Below are positions 1 through 11,100 of a stretch of DNA of 64,000 nt, in pieces. The stretch comes from Amoebophrya sp. A120. Taxonomy: Eukaryota > Protista > Dinoflagellata. The DNA lies in NCBI GenBank assembly GCA_905178155.1, contig CAJINV010000015.1, forward strand, positions 758,955 through 822,954. The letters run 5' to 3'. The notes beneath the pieces were generated by a model. The model saw nothing but the letters and a program-made list of their open reading frames with translations, searched no databases and was not told the DNA's origin. The translations under genes were made by a program, and so were the position numbers. The stretch's first letter is position 1; each line of letters opens with the position of its first letter.

Positions 1-443
1 GACTGCGTGTTCCTCTTCACAGCCTCGTCTAGATCCTTCACTTCTGAGTAGAAGCGGTCGCTTTCCACTTGTTGCGCAAGCGGAGCAACTCCAGGAGGTG
101 TAGGCAGCTCACCCCCTGCAGCAGCCTCCGAGTGGTGTGCTAACACAGCCTCCTCTCCCAGGTGGTCCAGCACTCCGTCCTCATTTCTATGCCGCTCTGC
201 CACCTGCTGGTGGTCTCTTCTTTCTAAAAACTTGTGGTGCGTAGACGAACTAGGAGCTTCACGCCTGTCATCCCCTGGTGCTGGTGACGCACCACCTGTC
301 GAAAGAGCTGAAACTTGTCTAGGGAAATAACTCTTTTGTAAAACGCCTGAGAAATTAAACGCTGTGAAAAGACTCAATAGAATGAGATGAAGAAAAGGCG
401 ATCTACATCGAACGACGATGGCATGCTGCATAAACTGCATCAT
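1..443 (-). CDS. Partial hypothetical protein (N-terminus; runs off the left edge), possible signal peptide
   Basis: Uninterrupted minus frame from ATG at 443: MMQFMQHAIVVRCRSPFLHLILLSLFTAFNFSG...QVESDRFYSEVKDLDEAVKRNTQ. Hydrophobic N-terminal stretch; no recognised domain. Confidence 0.4.
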   Translation of the reverse strand, partial: MMQFMQHAIVVRCRSPFLHLILLSLFTAFNFSGVLQKSYFPRQVSALSTGGASPAPGDDRREAPSSSTHHKFLERRDHQQVAERHRNEDGVLDHLGEEAVLAHHSEAAAGGELPTPPGVAPLAQQVESDRFYSEVKDLDEAVKRNTQ

Positions 444-2186
444 GATCTCCAAAGACAACTTGGTTGGGGGCAAACGTGGTACGTTTGCACGTGCAAGTAT
501 CCGAATCTACTATTGTCTACACCGTTGAGTCGCAGTACTAAAAATTTGTCACGGGCAGGTATCGTTATCGCTTTGAGAGGGCCTGTTCGATCTTCGAACT
601 AAAATGCTTATCGTCTTAAGTAAAAATAAACCAGAAAGGAGACCACACTGGAGTGAACGCAACGAGAACGAGTACGAGAGCGACATGTTGCTACGACGTT
701 GTTGATGAATGACAGTTGAGACGGGTATAGCTACATGCAATCTGTGGCGGACGATTTAGGAGAGGTAGCGCCGAGAGAGCACAATCACAATGTTGACCGA
801 ACATCTTCATTACGAAGGAAGACAAATACTGCATGCGGACGAAGAAGCTGTAGCTCAGGACGAAAACAAAACTCAATAACCGATCCCGATGAGCAGGAAG
901 AGGCCCAGTAACCGAATAGTTGTGTGTATGTGTTTACTGTTACTAGGTCTTTGCGCTACTGCTACAGAAACTTCATATCTGCTCCATTTCTTGTAGCAGA
1001 ACAGAAGGCCCTTGCAGCAAATGAATTTGCCGCCGAGAGCGACTAAGCTTTCGCCCGCCCGCTCCTTCTGTCTGGAGCAGGAAACCCAGGACCACCTGCT
1101 GCCTGTCCGATTTGATGTTCGTTGTCGATGCAAAGATATCATACAGCTTTATTTGCAATTTGATCGTTTCAAAACTCTGGTAGATAATCATTCGGTGGTA
1201 TACAGGGCATTCGTGATTCGCATTTTTCGTCCTACTACAGCTCTATGATCTACGATTCATACCACCTCCCCGCCGTGCAAATTCAACATAGATAAAAATT
1301 GCACGACAAATCATAGCAGCTTTTTTGATAGACAAGTAAAACTTCTATATGGTCTACAACTAACTTCCGCGTAGTTGATGCTTACAAATCTCTTTTCTCT
1401 TAGAAGTAGTTTCCGAAGTACAAGACATTTTGTCTTGCTATTCTCACTTCTTGTTTTGAACCTAAAGCAAATTCTTTCCAGCAGACTGGCGTATTTTTGC
1501 TGGCACACGAGTTGCACGACTGCAGCGGACAGATATCTTCAACATACGCCTGATGAAGAGGACCCCCCGCTGTCGCTGTGTGCCCGCCAGATTCTCTTTA
1601 CTTTCTCCCCTTTTGCTATTTTGTGTGATGTCAATGAAAAAATGAAATGCCTTCCAGATGGTAGCACTCGGGCTGACGGGTAGCATAGGAGTGGTGCATC
1701 TTCACACCCCCGCCCTGCTGCCCTTTTACTTCTTGCCACGAGCGGTTTCTACCATTGCTAAGAGTAATCCAATCAAGTGTAAAAAAGGTCATATCGCCCA
1801 AAGAATTGGCGCCTTTTGATGATGTTTTAGACAATGATTAATCGAAAAAGTTGATACGAGTTTTTAGATGAGAAGACACGTGGCCGTAGTGGTCATCTTC
1901 ATCGCTTTTCATCTTCGCACAGTGAAAATCCTGGTGACGAAGAAACTTTTGTCGCTGATCGCAGGATGAAACAAACAGCAACGGAGCAAGAACTTGTACT
2001 ACAAAATGCGCAGGATTTTGCCAGATCGGGTAGAAACTATTTGTCGCTTAGGAGTTGTAGTTGGAGATGAGCGAGATGAGGTCGCTGACGTTGTTCTTGA
2101 CGAGCTTGACAAATTCTTCTTGCATATGCATTGGAGGTTTTTTCACTATCCACCACCGCAAGTTGCAAAAAATTATGTCGTCGTCT

Positions 2187-5100
2187 CTACAAATCGTCCA
2201 TGTCGACTTCCATGATCTCCTTTTTCTCCACTACTTCTTCCTCGATGACCTCCTCCTCGATAATTTATGAACTGCAAAAGTATCGCACTCGTAGTAATTG
2301 CAGTCATGCATTACAAATCTTGTTCTTAAGGTAAATCCGCATAACAAACTTTCTTTCTCATGTTAAGGAAATTTGTAATGCATTTCTACTAGTACGAGTA
2401 CGATGCAACTTTTGCAATGCATATAATTTCCTCCTCCACGATCTTCTCGGCGTTGTTCGCAGCACTACTTCCGCCCTGATTCCACCACTCGTTGCCACCA
2501 GTTTGTGCTGAGGATCCAGCTGCTGCCCCCTGTAGTTTGAGTTATTTTCAGTAAGTTTAGAAGTACAACGCAGTCGGAGCTGCTGCACATGTTGATGAGG
2601 CATGACGTAAGTTTGTTTGCACTTGTTGCTTTAGAAGAGCTGAAAACATCAAGAAAACCAAAACGGAAGTCCAATGACACAACAAGAACAAAAATCACAT
2701 ACCGTCTCCACCCACTTATTCGTTGCATCATCCCACTTCCAGTTTCCGTCCTTATTCCAATTATCTGTCGCACCGTAATTGTTGTTGTAGCCAGAAGAGG
2801 AAGCAGCAGCTGCACCGGAGGAATTATTGTTGTAGCTGTAGTCTTTGTTGTAGTTGTCCCGATCGTTATAACCGGTACCGGATGAGCCCCAGTTATTGTC
2901 GTCCTTGCTTTTGTTCCAGTCTTTATTGTTGTTCCAGTCGTTATAATTCCAAGAACCACTGTCCCACTTGCTCTTGTCGTCGTCTTTGTTCTTTTTATCC
3001 CAACCTTCCCAGTTGGACGAAGTTGCAGCTTTTTTCTCCACTTCTTCCTCTTCTTCCGCACCAAAATTCGGATCCCAGGCCATGTCGGCGATGAGCTTCT
3101 CATGTTCGGTGAGCCCGCCGGTTTTCGTGAATTCGTAATTGGTAATATCGAAAGGAAAAACTCCCCCTCCCCATATCGAACAGGCATGTTTCCGAAAATT
3201 TGTGTTGCTGATTTGAGGTCACAAATCACGTTTGTCTTGCAAGGAGACAACGGCAAAAGCTTCGCCCCCATTATAGAAGCGATTTGTCATGCTGTTGGGC
3301 CTAAAGGGCAGCCGCTTGCCATGCTGAACAACTAGACCGATACGCCCCTACATAGCCTGGGGATCTGGCGGCAGTGCCTTCCTGCAATACAAAGCTGATT
3401 TGTGTACGCAAATCCAGCATCAGAAACTTCGTTTCGATATGGGGAGGGGGGATTTTTCCCTTTGATAGGTAAACTGGTGCTTTTGGTACCCGGTGACATC
3501 GTTGAATTGTTTCATCTATGCAGTGCAAAAGTATCGCACTCGTACTAATCGCATTCATGCAAGACAAATTTCTTTTTCAAGCTAAATCAGCATGAGAAAT
3601 TCCACATGTCATGCTGAGCTAATTTGTATTGCAATACTACGAGTACGATACTTTTGCAGTTCATATCATCGTGTCATGCATTTCCGCTTTCTGGTGGACG
3701 AAGGGCGCGAACTTGCTATCCGTTTCGAAAGTCGGCTCCTTGTAAACCAAACCCCCGCTGGATTGAATGACCTGCTGTTCCTTGCCCTGCTTGTCCTTCA
3801 CCGGAACAATTTTCCACTCCTTGTCGCTGACTGTCGCGATGAGCGACAAATCCTTCACCGCGTTATTCAGCACTGCAACCTGCAAGGCCTGCATCGCGAT
3901 GTCGTCTTTCTTTTCCGGACTGCTTTGGACGGATTTATCCTGGATCGCTTTCACACCAGACAGTTCGTTCTGCTCGGCGGCGGCGGAGGCGATCTCCTGT
4001 TTCTTCTTTTCAAACGCCTCCTTCCCGAGGCACACGTAGTTGCCGTTTAGTGGGTTTTTCGGGTTCTCCAAAATTTTCCAGCTCTGGTGTTCTTGCTCCC
4101 ACCGCGCAATATGACAACCTCAGGTTGGAAATCCTCAAAGTGCAAATTACTATCTATTATATTCATGCGAAAGTAGAGGTCTACAGAGGGTCGAAGAGAG
4201 GTGGCCGAGAGGTAAAAAAGAGGTCGACAGAGGTCAAAAAGAGGTCGACAGAGGTGGAGAGGTGGCGCGGGAGGTCATTCGAGAGGGTGGCCGAGAGGGT
4301 GCGCGAGTATAGCCCGCCGAAGGGCTCGCCCTAAGGCCGCGCCTATAGGGACCAGAGGGGGCCGAGAGGGTCCAGAGAGGGTAAGCGAGAGGTGGACAGA
4401 GGTGCCGGGAGGTTGCGCGAATAAGGGCGAACCTCTCGCGCACCCTCTGGGCCACCTCTCGGCCACCTCTGTAGACCTCTACCGGCGAGTATAGCCGGAT
4501 TATTAGCAACACCTCTCGGGAGAGGTCAAAAAGAGGGTCTGCGAGAGGGTCAGAAAACCCCGAATCCGCCCGGCTCGCGGCCGGTTTTGTTTGGGCCTTT
4601 TCATCGCGCAGGCCCGCACCCTCTCGCGCTACCCTCTCGCGCACCCTCTCGCGCCACCCTCTCGCGCCACCCTCTCGCGCTACCCTCTCGCGCTACCCTC
4701 TCGCGCTCCCCTCTCGTGCCAACCATTTCCGTCGGGAAGCAAATAGGGCGGGGGCGGGATGGTGATCAAAATAGGGCAGCGCGGCCCCCGTTCTGCTTCC
4801 TTCGGCACCTATGTCGAGGTGGCTTCTCTTCGCCCCCAAGCTTCGTTGCAGTTGCTCCCTGCGCATAGCGCCAGCAGGCGCGGGAAGCGCGCAGGAGGCC
4901 GCGCGGGCTGACATGGCGCAAACCGGCGCCAGTAGTTCCCTCGGTCTGTCACGCTGTGCCCAAAGACCCGGCGCTGCGGTCCGACCCGCGCATTGTCCTG
5001 CCCCGCCACAACAGCCTTGCGCCCCGGCGGCAGCCGGGGCATGGCTGGTAATTTGTAATGCAAAAAAACGACTCCAGTTGAAGCGCCATTTGTAGTCGGC

Positions 5101-8100
5101 GCATGACAAATTTCCTGGGCCCTTAAAGCATGTCTGTCATGCAGGTTAAGGCAAAGGGGTGCGCTTCTGTCGTGCTAAGCAGCACTCCAATTCTTGACCC
5201 CCAGCAGGACAATAGTCGGCCTCCATTGTGTCCTCTGCAATACAGTCTTTTTTGAGTCGTTGTCGTATTTCATGCATCACAAATCATTTCCACTTTGAGG
5301 ATTTCCATTGTTCTGAGGCTTTCATACGCAATTACCACGCTGTCGTACTTTTCGATCGCCAACCGGGATTATCAAATGTAAAAATGTCTGGGTCTGGAAG
5401 AATGCAACTTGTAATGCGTATTTCAAAACACAGAAAAGTCTCTCATGCATACGTAGCAAAAGCTGCCCCCTTTCTGTCAGCAAAATAGGGGACTTGTCAT
5501 GCGGATTCGGCATTGCGGAAGCTTCTCGAAACCTGTGATGCTAGAGCTTCCATGCCAGACCTTCTGTGTCATGCAAAAACAGCATGCCTCTTCCAGACCC
5601 AGACATTTTTACATTTGATATGGATTCTTCCTGCTTCTTGCTGTTTTTCTCCTTCAAAATCGTCAAGTGGATCTTCGGGATGATGATCAGCTTTGACTTG
5701 ATTTGCAGCGCCACCCGGAAGTGCTCCTCGTCGATGACCTGGCGGAACTCGCAGAGCTGGCCCTTGTAGGGATTTTTGTCCGTCGACTTCATGATCTTCA
5801 TCCGCAAACCCTTGTAGGGGTGGGCCTTTTTTTGCCCCTTTTCTTTGTCGTGCAACTCCTGCCACTTCAGCGGAATTTTGTCGGGCCTTTGCTCCTCCTC
5901 CTTAATAATAGCCAGCTCTTGCTTCTGCGTCGTCAGTGCTTTCTGTACCGCAGAACCGTGGGTCAAAGCCAGCGTGCCCATGTCGGCTGTGTTTTGTTGG
6001 TGCATGAAGAACATTATCGAACTTCAAAAAAGGCTGTTCTTGCGGACATGTTGAACATATGAATTTGAACTACAGCTGCTGCATCTGTATCTATAACCAC
6101 ATGAACAACATCTTCCCAGAAGTAGTGCTACGTACTGCTAGCAGCAAAAAAATTCACTATATCAAAAATACCCGCGACTTGATTTATGGTTGCCAGCTGC
6201 CGTTCCACCATACCCCCGTCTTTTCGCGTCGCTTATCAAATGCAAAAATGTCTGGGTCTGGAACATTCTAAACTTGTGATGCTGTCTGTGGATTCTGAAA
6301 AAATTTGTATTGCATGAACAGCAAGAGGACTCCAGTTTGTGCTACGCGGAGAACAAGGCGGCTCTCATGCGGTAGAGGTATCAGAAAGCGCTCTAAAAAT
6401 CTGCGATGCTGCGGCATGCATCACAGACGTCATGGGTCATGGAAAATATGCATGACAAGTCTAGAAATCTTCCAGACTCAGACATTTTTACATTTGATAT
6501 CGCTGCGGCTTCGTCAATTGCGTATTTCTCGGTCTTGCTGGTTGTCAAAGCCAGTTGATTCTATCCTGAGTAAAAACGTACCCACACCAGAGTTGTAATG
6601 CAGATTTGCAAAGACAGGAAGACTTGTAATGCGCATCCCCATGAGAGCCATTTCCAATCGTGTTTTGGAATTTGTGATGCTGTGAACAGGATGAGCAGAT
6701 GAATCTGTGATGCGGCTACACTTGCTAACCTGCACTACACTGCATACGGCAACTTGTCATGCGTGACTCACAAAACTCCTAGGTTTGTGTTGCAAAATCC
6801 TCATCCTGACTCTGGTGTGGGTACGTTTTTACTCAGGATAGATTCGCCTGCGACTTCTTCGCTTCCGGTCCGAAGTCTCGTAGGCCGCCCTTCACCGCTT
6901 TCTCGAGTTTGCAGTCAGTACCACGGACGAACATCCAGTCGTTTTTGTTTTCATCGTCCCGAATGTACATGCCGTCGGTGAGAATGTGCATGATGCGCTG
7001 CGTGCTCTGGTTCGTCTGGGCCCCTGACCCGGAGATTTGTTTGTTCTGCATGAACCGGCACTGCACTGCGTCGAGTTCGTAAAGCAGACGCCCATCGTTG
7101 TCCGCCTGGACTAGCCTGCCTTGCGTGCCACGTTTAAGACCGAACTCCCCCTTTATTGCTTCACTTATCGTTTTCTCGGACTTCGCGTTGGACTTCAGAT
7201 GGCATTCTGTTTTGGTGATGATGTGTTGCATTTAGTTGGATTTTTGATCATGAAGATGGTCGTGCACGTGCTCGTCTTCATGCATGAAAATTTCATGTGT
7301 ACTACTACGTCTATCAAGCGATGATCGTGATGTCCTTGAAAGAGAAAGCCTCTCATTTCAATTCAAGCAGAACAACAATCAAAAACAAAGCAAAAAGCAT
7401 CTTCGTATTAAATACCGCTCTGCTTCACGTCCAGCACGGTATTTGCGGTGCTCAAGACCTTCATGCCGTCGTTGGGAAACAACTGTAAAACGACCGCCGG
7501 CTGGCTACTAACCCCGTCCCCCTGCTCTACATGGACTAGGTCGTAGAGTGTGAAGGCAGAGCCTGCTGCGAAGGTGGTTTTGTCCACCTCGTCTTGATTG
7601 GTGGTCATGTTCGTCTGCATTGAGTACTTGTCTTGCTCGAACGTTACCTTCACGTCGTTGATGGGCAAGTGCACTTCCTCGGGCCAGCCGTCCATCCCCA
7701 AGGACGCAAAGGCGACGATTACCGTTTGCGCATCGGTGTCCGCCTTGATCACGTCTCCTATCCTCCCCCGCTGCTTCGCATGGTGGGAAATCACCTTCAC
7801 GCGCTGCCCCGGCTCGAAATACTTGCAGCACTCACGGGGGTCTACTACGACGTGACCTGATAGTTTTTGTTTTGATAGGATGAAATACTTTCTTGTCGGT
7901 GTCATGCGAAATTCAAAACTGCGAATCGTTTTTATTGGGTTATTTTCCTTGACACGTTCGTACTAACTGTCCTCCAAATAGGAAATTCACAACAAATCAC
8001 TATCACACCTATTTTCCCGATTCCCAGATCCCCCAGCCTCGGTTCCACCATCATCGTTCCGTTTTCCAACATTTTTCTCACGGTCGCCTATGGATGTGTC

Positions 8101-11100
8101 AGAGTTGAAATCGACAAAGTTGAAGTAACTTGCAATGCATAAAATCGATACCAGTTGCAAGTCCAATTTGTAAGCGGCGCATGACAAATTTGAGTAGAGT
8201 CGAAATCTAGTTTGTAATGCTGTTTGGGTAAGGAGGACGCCTTTTGTGATGCTACTTGAGCAGCTCTATTTCTAACCCGAAACAGGCTCACAATCTGCCT
8301 CCCTTGCCTACTCTGCAAGACAGACATTTTCTGCGTTGCATTTTATGCATGACAAACTATTTCAACTTTGACGATTTCAATCCTGTCAGTTCCATATCGC
8401 GACCACACCTTTCAATTGCCCCATATACACCTCGATCTTGTCCCCCGTTTCGAACGGGTTTTTCTCTTTCACCATCAAATCCTCTGCCCCTAGTTGCACG
8501 TGCCCCTGCGCATCCAGCCCCGCGGTCACGCTTTCGTCGACGGCCGCGTAATCTTCTGGCATCAACTATCCACAGGAAGTTTCATCCTGTACATGATGTA
8601 CAAATGCAGTTTCTGCATGACAAAACTTTCTTTCAATTCTATTGTGCATGACAAGTGGCATGCTCCTCCAAGTTGGTGACATTATTTGTGATGCATTTTG
8701 TACATGTACAGGAAATTTGTATTGCATATCAACACGTTGGAAAAGTCGTTCTTCTCCGCCATGGTGGCGTTGTATCAAATGCAAATTATATGTCTGGGTC
8801 TGGAAACTTGTAATGCTGAATGGCCATGATTGACTGCGCCTTTGAGTACAGTGCGGCATGACAAATTCTTCAAACGCCCTGTCATGCGCAGGACGCATTA
8901 CAAACTACGTTTTTGCATGACGAAGGTGAGGTGCTGTATTTGCTGCTTATACAATACAGATTTTTTAGGAATGCGAAACACGCAATACAGGCTCAACCTT
9001 TCCAGACCCAGACATATTTGCAGTTGATACGTTCACAAAGGGGTCGATCTTCGCGAGGGGAAAGTGTTTGAAGATGTGCCCGGACTGTCTTGTAAACGTG
9101 TCGCCGTTGGTCTGAAAGCAGCGGATCCCCATGTACTCGATGTCGCGTAATTCTTCGACAAAAATTATCCCCAACTCCTTCCTGTTCGCGGTGTCGTAGG
9201 TGAAAAATTGCGCGGGCGGCTTTGGTTCCTTGCCCGCTCTTATTTTCGTGTTTTTGTTCCCGAATTTTTGTGGTCGGTCGATATTTGTGCCGTAATTGGT
9301 CAAACCGCCGGTCCAAGTGTTGACGTCGCGGGGGAGGCGGGGCTTCATGCGGACCTGCACGCCCTTCTCGTCTATTTTCAGGACGCGCCCGAGGTCGCCA
9401 CGGTAGGTGCCATTGGCGAGGACGCGGACGAATTCTGTATGAATCAATGCATTACAAATTAGCATGAGAAACAAATGACATTTGTAATGCGAACTTACCT
9501 TACGAAGAAGATTTGTATATGCATGACTGCAATACGAGTACGATATTAAAAACAAGAGTAAGTACGTCCAGCCTTGATGTGGCTGTGCGGCGTGGTTCCA
9601 GCTTGGCCCATGCACTGCCTCAATACGTTGAAGGAATCGTCAGGTGGTACTAATCTTGTGTCCCAGGCCGAAACGCCGCGGATTCCTTGCAAGAATTTCC
9701 GCAGTTCTTGCTCCTTAAAGGCCTCGATGTAGATGTAGTCTGTTTTGATGGTTTTGATTTGTGTATTTCGGAGGGGACCCCAAAGGCAAAACCAAAGGTC
9801 TAACAATCTTCATCAAAAATCTAAACGTCATGCAGCAGTGCGCGTCACCAGCGAACAAGCAGAACAAAACAACATATGCATGTCACATCAGATCGCAAGA
9901 AGTACTGTCATACATGAGTATGTACATCAAGATCGCATCAAGAAGTACTTTTTATATTCCTGCTGGCCAGCACGGAGAACACGGGGGAGACGAAGTCCGG
10001 GTCTTCCTTCTGTTTGTAGGCCATTTTTGTCGTAATCGTGTTACAGACGTCAATTCCCTCGCCGAAAATTTTCACGCACCACAGTTTCGGGTCCGACTGC
10101 CGCATGAGAACCGGCTCGGTGGCCGGGCCGGGGGTTACTCGGTCCGGTTTTCCTATGGATGTGTCAGAGTTGAAATCGACAAAGTTGAAATAATTTGTCA
10201 TGCATAAAATGGATGCCAGTTGGAACCCAGTTCCCAAGTGGCGCATGACAAATTTCGGCGGTCCCTAAATCCAGTTTGTCATGCTGTTTAGGCAAAGAAG
10301 AGTGATTTTCACCTGCTCCTGTAGCAGCTCGAGCTGTAACCCCAAACAGGCTGACAATCGGCCTCACTTGCCTGCTCTGCAACACACGTGCCTCGGGTCA
10401 TGCATTTTATGCATTACAGATTATTTCAACTTTGACGATTTCAAGCCTGACGCTTCCATATTTCCGTGAAGCTCGAAGGCGCTGGGTCTTTCGAGGTCGT
10501 CGAAGGCGCCGGCTTCGGAAACGGGGAGGTATCCACAGGAAATTTCCCGCGCACGTACAAATGCGGTTTCTGCATGACAAAACTTTCTTAGAATCCCACT
10601 CAGCATGACAAGTGGCCTGCTCGCCGTTGGTGAATAAATTTGTGATGCATTTTGTACATGTACAGGAAATTTGTATTGCATAGGAGGGAGGGGGGAAGCA
10701 TGACTTCATCTTCTGGGAACTCATTAATCAGGTCCTGCATCTGCATGGCCACGTTCCCGGCGCCCAGAAGTCGCCCGTGGTCCGGAACAGTTTCATCCCG
10801 TAAAACCGCATCCGGATCCTGATTGATCGGGGCCGCTAAAGGATCAAATGCAAATATGTCTGGGCGGTCTGGAAGATTGCTACGTTTGTCATGCATGTCT
10901 GACATGACTCAAGAATCTGTGATGCCTGGGCACGAAGCGGCCCTCTTGCCTGTCGTGCAAAAACGCAGTTTACCATACGAAACACGCAACACATAGGAGC
11001 CCAAAAATTTGTCATGCTTGGCTCCGTATTGCAGTGGGACTCTCATTCACCTTTAGCATATACAAGTTTCTAGACCCAGACATATTTGCAATGCATATAA

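Larger units (their letters stand above)
4110..5326. mobile_element. Introner family G (SPT5 intron) carrying a nested Helitron-like element
   Basis: TIR TATGA..CCTCAG..TGGAAATCCTCAAAGTG; DR cgcaa; homolog at 11748-12055. Confidence 0.88.

Noticed and set aside
549-1834. Short ORFs here and at 24121-25576, 43280-44924, 51132-52061 and 58860-59711
   Set aside because: No domain similarity, introners or consistent exon chain visible; they cannot be supported without expression data.
4050-5109. GC-rich ORFs in this block and at 14708-15541
   Set aside because: They are stop-poor minisatellite sequence inside the non-autonomous Helitron-like copies, with no Rep or helicase motifs.
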